DNA of 64,000 bases from positions 3,392,001 to 3,456,000 of the forward strand of contig OY764159.1 of assembly GCA_963668175.1 (NCBI GenBank). Reading direction: 5' to 3'. A program made the translations under genes and the position numbers. Positions 60,828 through 64,000 of the stretch are shown here, in pieces; positions within the stretch are counted from its first letter, which is position 1, and every line of letters starts with the position of its first letter. Below the pieces are notes generated by a model, which saw only the letters and a list, made by a program, of their open reading frames with translations, was not told where the DNA came from and did no database searches. Source of the DNA: Syntrophales bacterium. GTDB lineage: Bacteria; Desulfobacterota; Syntrophia; Syntrophales; PHBD01.

Positions 60828-61229
60828 TCATTGCATATGGTATTTCCGAACAACACCCGTAACGACTCCCGCCAGCTTCATCTCCGTTCTTGGGCTGATG
60901 GCGGGGTACTTCGGGTTGGCGGCCTCCAGGACGATGTTCCGGCCGCGGCGGGTGAAATATTTCATGGTCCAATCCCCGTCGACCTGGGCGACGACGATGT
61001 CACCATTCTTTGGGGTTCTCCCCTTTTCGCAGATCACCAAATCCCCTTCCAGGATGCCGGCGCCGATCATCGAGTCGCCGGTCACTTCCAGGAGGAACGA
61101 CTGGCCGGGCCGCACGCATAGGAATTGATCGATCGAGATGATGTCCCGCAGCGCCTCCTCTTCCGGCGATGGGAACCCGGCGGTAACGCTTCCAACGACA
61201 GGTACTTCAGGCGTACGTTCTCTTTCCAT
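60828..61229 (-). CDS. UmuD/LexA-like S24 autopeptidase lacking an HTH
   Basis: AGFPSP cleavage region, GDSM catalytic Ser, TMK catalytic Lys. Confidence 0.88.
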   Translation of the reverse strand: MERERTPEVPVVGSVTAGFPSPEEEALRDIISIDQFLCVRPGQSFLLEVTGDSMIGAGILEGDLVICEKGRTPKNGDIVVAQVDGDWTMKYFTRRGRNIVLEAANPKYPAISPRTEMKLAGVVTGVVRKYHMQ

Positions 61230-61235
61230 GCCCGA

Positions 61236-61264
61236 AGCTTATAGTACGATCGTACTAAAGTCAA
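61236..61264 (-). promoter_or_regulatory. Sigma-70 promoter with a perfect 16-bp palindromic operator
   Basis: TTGACT-17 nt-TAAGCT; the spacer holds TAGTACGATCGTACTA (61242-61257). Confidence 0.65.
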
Positions 61265-61284
61265 GGGGGTTTGTTCCCTGAACA

Positions 61285-61749
61285 TTATTTCAGTATTCTT
61301 TGGTCGAATGCGTAGGTTACGGGATCGCCATATTTCAATTTGCTGAAATCGGGATGAAGGGGATTGATGATATAGTTGAATTCCGTATCAACGATTACGC
61401 TCGGCACTACCAACACCAGTGAGGCTTTTCTTATTGCCCACATCGTGCCCAGCATCTGGGTTGATGCTGGAACTGGATCTAATTTCCAATCGAGCGGCAG
61501 ATCTTTTTCAGATATTTGAACACACAAGCTGTCGTCAAACGAAACAGGGATGTAGACGTAAAGATCGAGTACCGCAACCGCCTCAATATGAACAAGCATT
61601 TCGAGGGCGGCCAGGGACTTGCTCCCGGCCGTGTAAATCAGTGGTGTCCCTTTTTTATTCCAGCGACCACCGTAGTTTTTCGCGCCTTCCCCATCGAAAG
61701 CTGTTGAAGCGTGTCGCGCCTTCGTCATCCTCCATGACGTAATCATCAT
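61285..61749 (-). CDS. RES-domain toxin (NAD+ phosphorylase / ADP-ribosyltransferase-like)
   Basis: WR...GEGA..YGGRWN..G...IYTA...LAALE, VPS, NYIINPLHPDF. Confidence 0.9.
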   Translation of the reverse strand: MMITSWRMTKARHASTAFDGEGAKNYGGRWNKKGTPLIYTAGSKSLAALEMLVHIEAVAVLDLYVYIPVSFDDSLCVQISEKDLPLDWKLDPVPASTQMLGTMWAIRKASLVLVVPSVIVDTEFNYIINPLHPDFSKLKYGDPVTYAFDQRILK

Positions 61750-62303
61750 GAGAAGACACCATGCTCGATACGACCAAGGAGATCCTCGACTTCACGGGCA
61801 CCAATCTCAGTGTTCGCATACTCTAATGGAATCTCCCCCCCTAGAGCCTTCTTGGGTGTCTTAAGCCACTGCTGTGCCTGGTCTCTGCCCCCGAGCACTC
61901 TTGCAGCATTTTCAAAGAGGATACCTATCCTCAGTAAGCGATCGGATTCGTCTGCATGAAGACGTCCTTCTCTACGGCGCCGGGCGAGTGTCCGATCGGG
62001 AATACACAATACCCTGGCAAGCTCGGACAAGGTAATATTCATGTAATCGCTTAAGTATTTGAAATTCTTTAGGGGTAACCCCTCTTTCACTATTTTAATA
62101 AGCGTAGAACTGTTCCCCGCGGGCAGACCAAGAGAAGACCCTGTATGAGATTCCTTGCCGATAACTTTTTCAAAGATAAGCCAAGCATCTGCCATTCTTT
62201 GGTATCCTTCAGGCACGTCCGGTATTTCACCTTTACTCGCCATAACCACCATAAAATCTTTATTTATCTGAGTTTTATCTCCCTTTACCTTCCTTTCTCG
62301 CAT
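61746..62303 (-). CDS. Xre/MbcA/ParS antitoxin
   Basis: HTH region RTLARRR...L..DESDRLLR; C-terminal WLKTP..ALGG..PL...T..GAREVEDLLGRIEHGVF. Confidence 0.9.
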   Translation of the reverse strand: MRERKVKGDKTQINKDFMVVMASKGEIPDVPEGYQRMADAWLIFEKVIGKESHTGSSLGLPAGNSSTLIKIVKEGLPLKNFKYLSDYMNITLSELARVLCIPDRTLARRRREGRLHADESDRLLRIGILFENAARVLGGRDQAQQWLKTPKKALGGEIPLEYANTEIGAREVEDLLGRIEHGVFS

Positions 62304-62324
62304 TGCTAATACCCTCCTCTCTGT

Positions 62325-62370
62325 ATGCCATTAGGTATAATAATTTATGCCATGTGGCATCCTTTGTCAA
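62325..62370 (-). promoter_or_regulatory. Xre-RES promoter with two operator palindromes
   Basis: TTGACA-17 nt-TAAATT; ATGCCATGTGGCAT (62347-62360) and ATGCCATTAGGTAT (62325-62338). Confidence 0.65.
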
Positions 62371-62451
62371 GAGCTCTTTAACACGCAATGATGAAATATC
62401 AATTCCGAGGCAGGTTAATTGACATATAAGTTTGGCTAGGGCAGGCATTTA

Positions 62452-62560
62452 TTCCCGAACGGGAACTATTTCGCCTGTTTTGCCCTTTACCATGGCTGAT
62501 ATTCCCGAACGGGAATAATATGTCATTTTCACTATTGTTGCCATTTTTACCAAATGGTGA
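62452..62560. repeat. Palindrome TTCCCGAACGGGAA twice, 50 bp apart, plus a degenerate third copy
   Basis: Copies start at 62452 and 62502; TTACCAAATGGTGA at 62547. Confidence 0.7.
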
Positions 62561-62592
62561 AAATGCCTTTGGGAGTGAAAACTCGGCCGCGG

Positions 62593-63510
62593 TTACACTC
62601 CCAGATGGTCTCTCAACTTCTTCACCGCCTGCTGATGCTTTGCCTTGCTCATCCTGGCGATGTTCACGAGCTTCCATTTGACGGCCGGCATATTCTCGAT
62701 GCCTTCCATCTCCAGCAGCTCCCACTGAGGAGCCCCCTCTTTCACCGAGACGATGAACTTCTTCTCCGGGAGGGTCATTTCTCGGTTAATCAACGAAACA
62801 AGCTCCTCCCTGGCCCGCTCAAGGTTCTCTACAGAAACAGCCTCAGGGGTCATTCCGCTGAACTCCATTTCATAAACAGACTGGATATCCTTAAAGCTCG
62901 GATTCAGGAGTTCAACAATCGGCCGGTCATGGCTGATGAGATAGACGATGAAGGCTTTTCTCAGGGTCGGCGTAAACTCCCCGTCCCGCTGGAACACGAG
63001 GATGTCGAACAGATCTCTTGGATGCTGGCGATCGAGGGCTGCGCAGATCTTCCCTGCGTATAACTCATCCTCCGCGAGAGTCCTGCATTTTACCGATAAC
63101 GCAAAGGCCTCCCGTGCTTTTGCAGTCATCGCTCTGAATACAGGAGGATAAATAGTGCCCCGCAAAACCAGATTTGGTTCAATCTTCACGGACACTTCCT
63201 GGTATTGAACGAGCAACCCACTCACCAGACCCGTCCCCTTCGACCTTTTGGGCGTGATCCTGGTCCCGGGAATTCTGTCTTTAATTTTCTGGGTAATCCG
63301 GACGAGCGCTTCGCTGATTTCCTGATGGGACGGCTCCCGCTCCTTGATGGGAAGATACACAAGATCGATGTCTACGGAGATCCGTGGGAGATCCCTGATA
63401 AAGTAATTGATGGCCGTTCCACCCTTCAATGCGAAGACGGATTCTTCGTCAGCAAATGGCAGTATCCGTAGCACCAGCCTTGCTCGTTTAAAATCTATAC
63501 TTTCTTTCAT
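62593..63510 (-). CDS. AbiEii/AbiGii nucleotidyltransferase toxin (type IV TA)
   Basis: ALKGGTAIN...PRISVDIDL and GKICAALDRQHPRDLFD. Confidence 0.92.
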   Translation of the reverse strand: MKESIDFKRARLVLRILPFADEESVFALKGGTAINYFIRDLPRISVDIDLVYLPIKEREPSHQEISEALVRITQKIKDRIPGTRITPKRSKGTGLVSGLLVQYQEVSVKIEPNLVLRGTIYPPVFRAMTAKAREAFALSVKCRTLAEDELYAGKICAALDRQHPRDLFDILVFQRDGEFTPTLRKAFIVYLISHDRPIVELLNPSFKDIQSVYEMEFSGMTPEAVSVENLERAREELVSLINREMTLPEKKFIVSVKEGAPQWELLEMEGIENMPAVKWKLVNIARMSKAKHQQAVKKLRDHLGV

Positions 63511-64000
63511 CCCGGCATTACCTCACTTTCCGCGGGAACGGTTATCTTGTATTTTGCGTTATAGCGGCCCTTTTGTACGATTACATACTTTCCTCTTCCG
63601 AGATCGACTTTCTCCAAAGCAAGCTCTGACAACCAAGCATGTTCGCATCTATCAGCCATGTACAAAAACAGCCTCTTCACCTTGACCGAACGGCATAGTT
63701 CCAACAGGGTCTGCACGACGTCTGGCCTTAGGGAAACGAGGTTCTGCATGATCAGGTAGGCTTCTGAAAACCCGGCATGCTTTGGAACAAGGTGCAGCAT
63801 TTCCATCATGGCCCTCTCCGGCGCTGACATCCTGACCGAGAAGTCCTTCTCGTCATGTTCCACGAATCCCTGAGTCTCCGCCGGGAAAAGATTCGTGCGT
63901 GTTACAAGTATCTCAACACCGAGTTGTTCACTATTAAACCAGGAAGGTTTTTTCATAGCGTATGGACCATAGAGATACACGAGGACCTGTCTTACTCGAA
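63507..64000 (-). CDS. AbiEi antitoxin (type IV TA), 5' end beyond the window
   Basis: SAPERAMME, LRPDVVQTLLELCRSVKVKRLFLYMA, DLGRGK; frame open to the window edge. Confidence 0.88.
   Translation of the reverse strand, partial: RVRQVLVYLYGPYAMKKPSWFNSEQLGVEILVTRTNLFPAETQGFVEHDEKDFSVRMSAPERAMMEMLHLVPKHAGFSEAYLIMQNLVSLRPDVVQTLLELCRSVKVKRLFLYMADRCEHAWLSELALEKVDLGRGKYVIVQKGRYNAKYKITVPAESEVMPG

Noticed and set aside
62400..62560. Mini CRISPR array
   Set aside because: Only two exact 14-bp repeats, too short for CRISPR repeats, and no cas genes.

Overview
A 64-kb bacterial accessory region. Gene content (CaiB, AOR, PAS kinases, a sigma-54 promoter) suggests an anaerobic Desulfobacterota/Syntrophales-like host; this is inference. 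In order: (1) 0.2-7.6 kb, an envelope/metal-stress module with ChrA, MacB/FtsX-type ABC genes, two Spy/CpxP/ZraP-like proteins, an ECF sigma/anti-sigma pair and an atypical MoaE. (2) 7.7-13.45 kb, a minus-strand operon with three fluoride-riboswitch aptamers: one before a dynamin-like GTPase plus enolase, and a tandem pair before a cation:proton antiporter, USP and prenyltransferase-repeat gene. No Fluc/CLC-F exporter is in the window. (3) 14-28 kb, an aldehyde-detox/oxidoreductase cluster divergent from an AraC (YqhC-like) gene, including a Tat-linked AOR. (4) A lone integron cassette. (5) An acyl-CoA module (HDAC, attenuator-like leader RNA, CaiB, acetyl-CoA hydrolase-GNAT). (6) About 1 kb of hairpin-rich non-coding DNA with dispersed partial copies. 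(7) Large signal-transduction kinases, one with an apparent pseudokinase domain. (8) 49.7-64 kb, a defence/TA island (Panacea TA, MmeI-like Type IIL RM, Xre-RES, AbiE). Inside the island is an apparently inserted three-gene cytoplasmic cluster (GT32; GT25/P-loop/GH16 fusion; CmcH-like carbamoyltransferase), the best candidate for an undescribed system. All calls come from reading the sequence and recalled family motifs; no searches were run.
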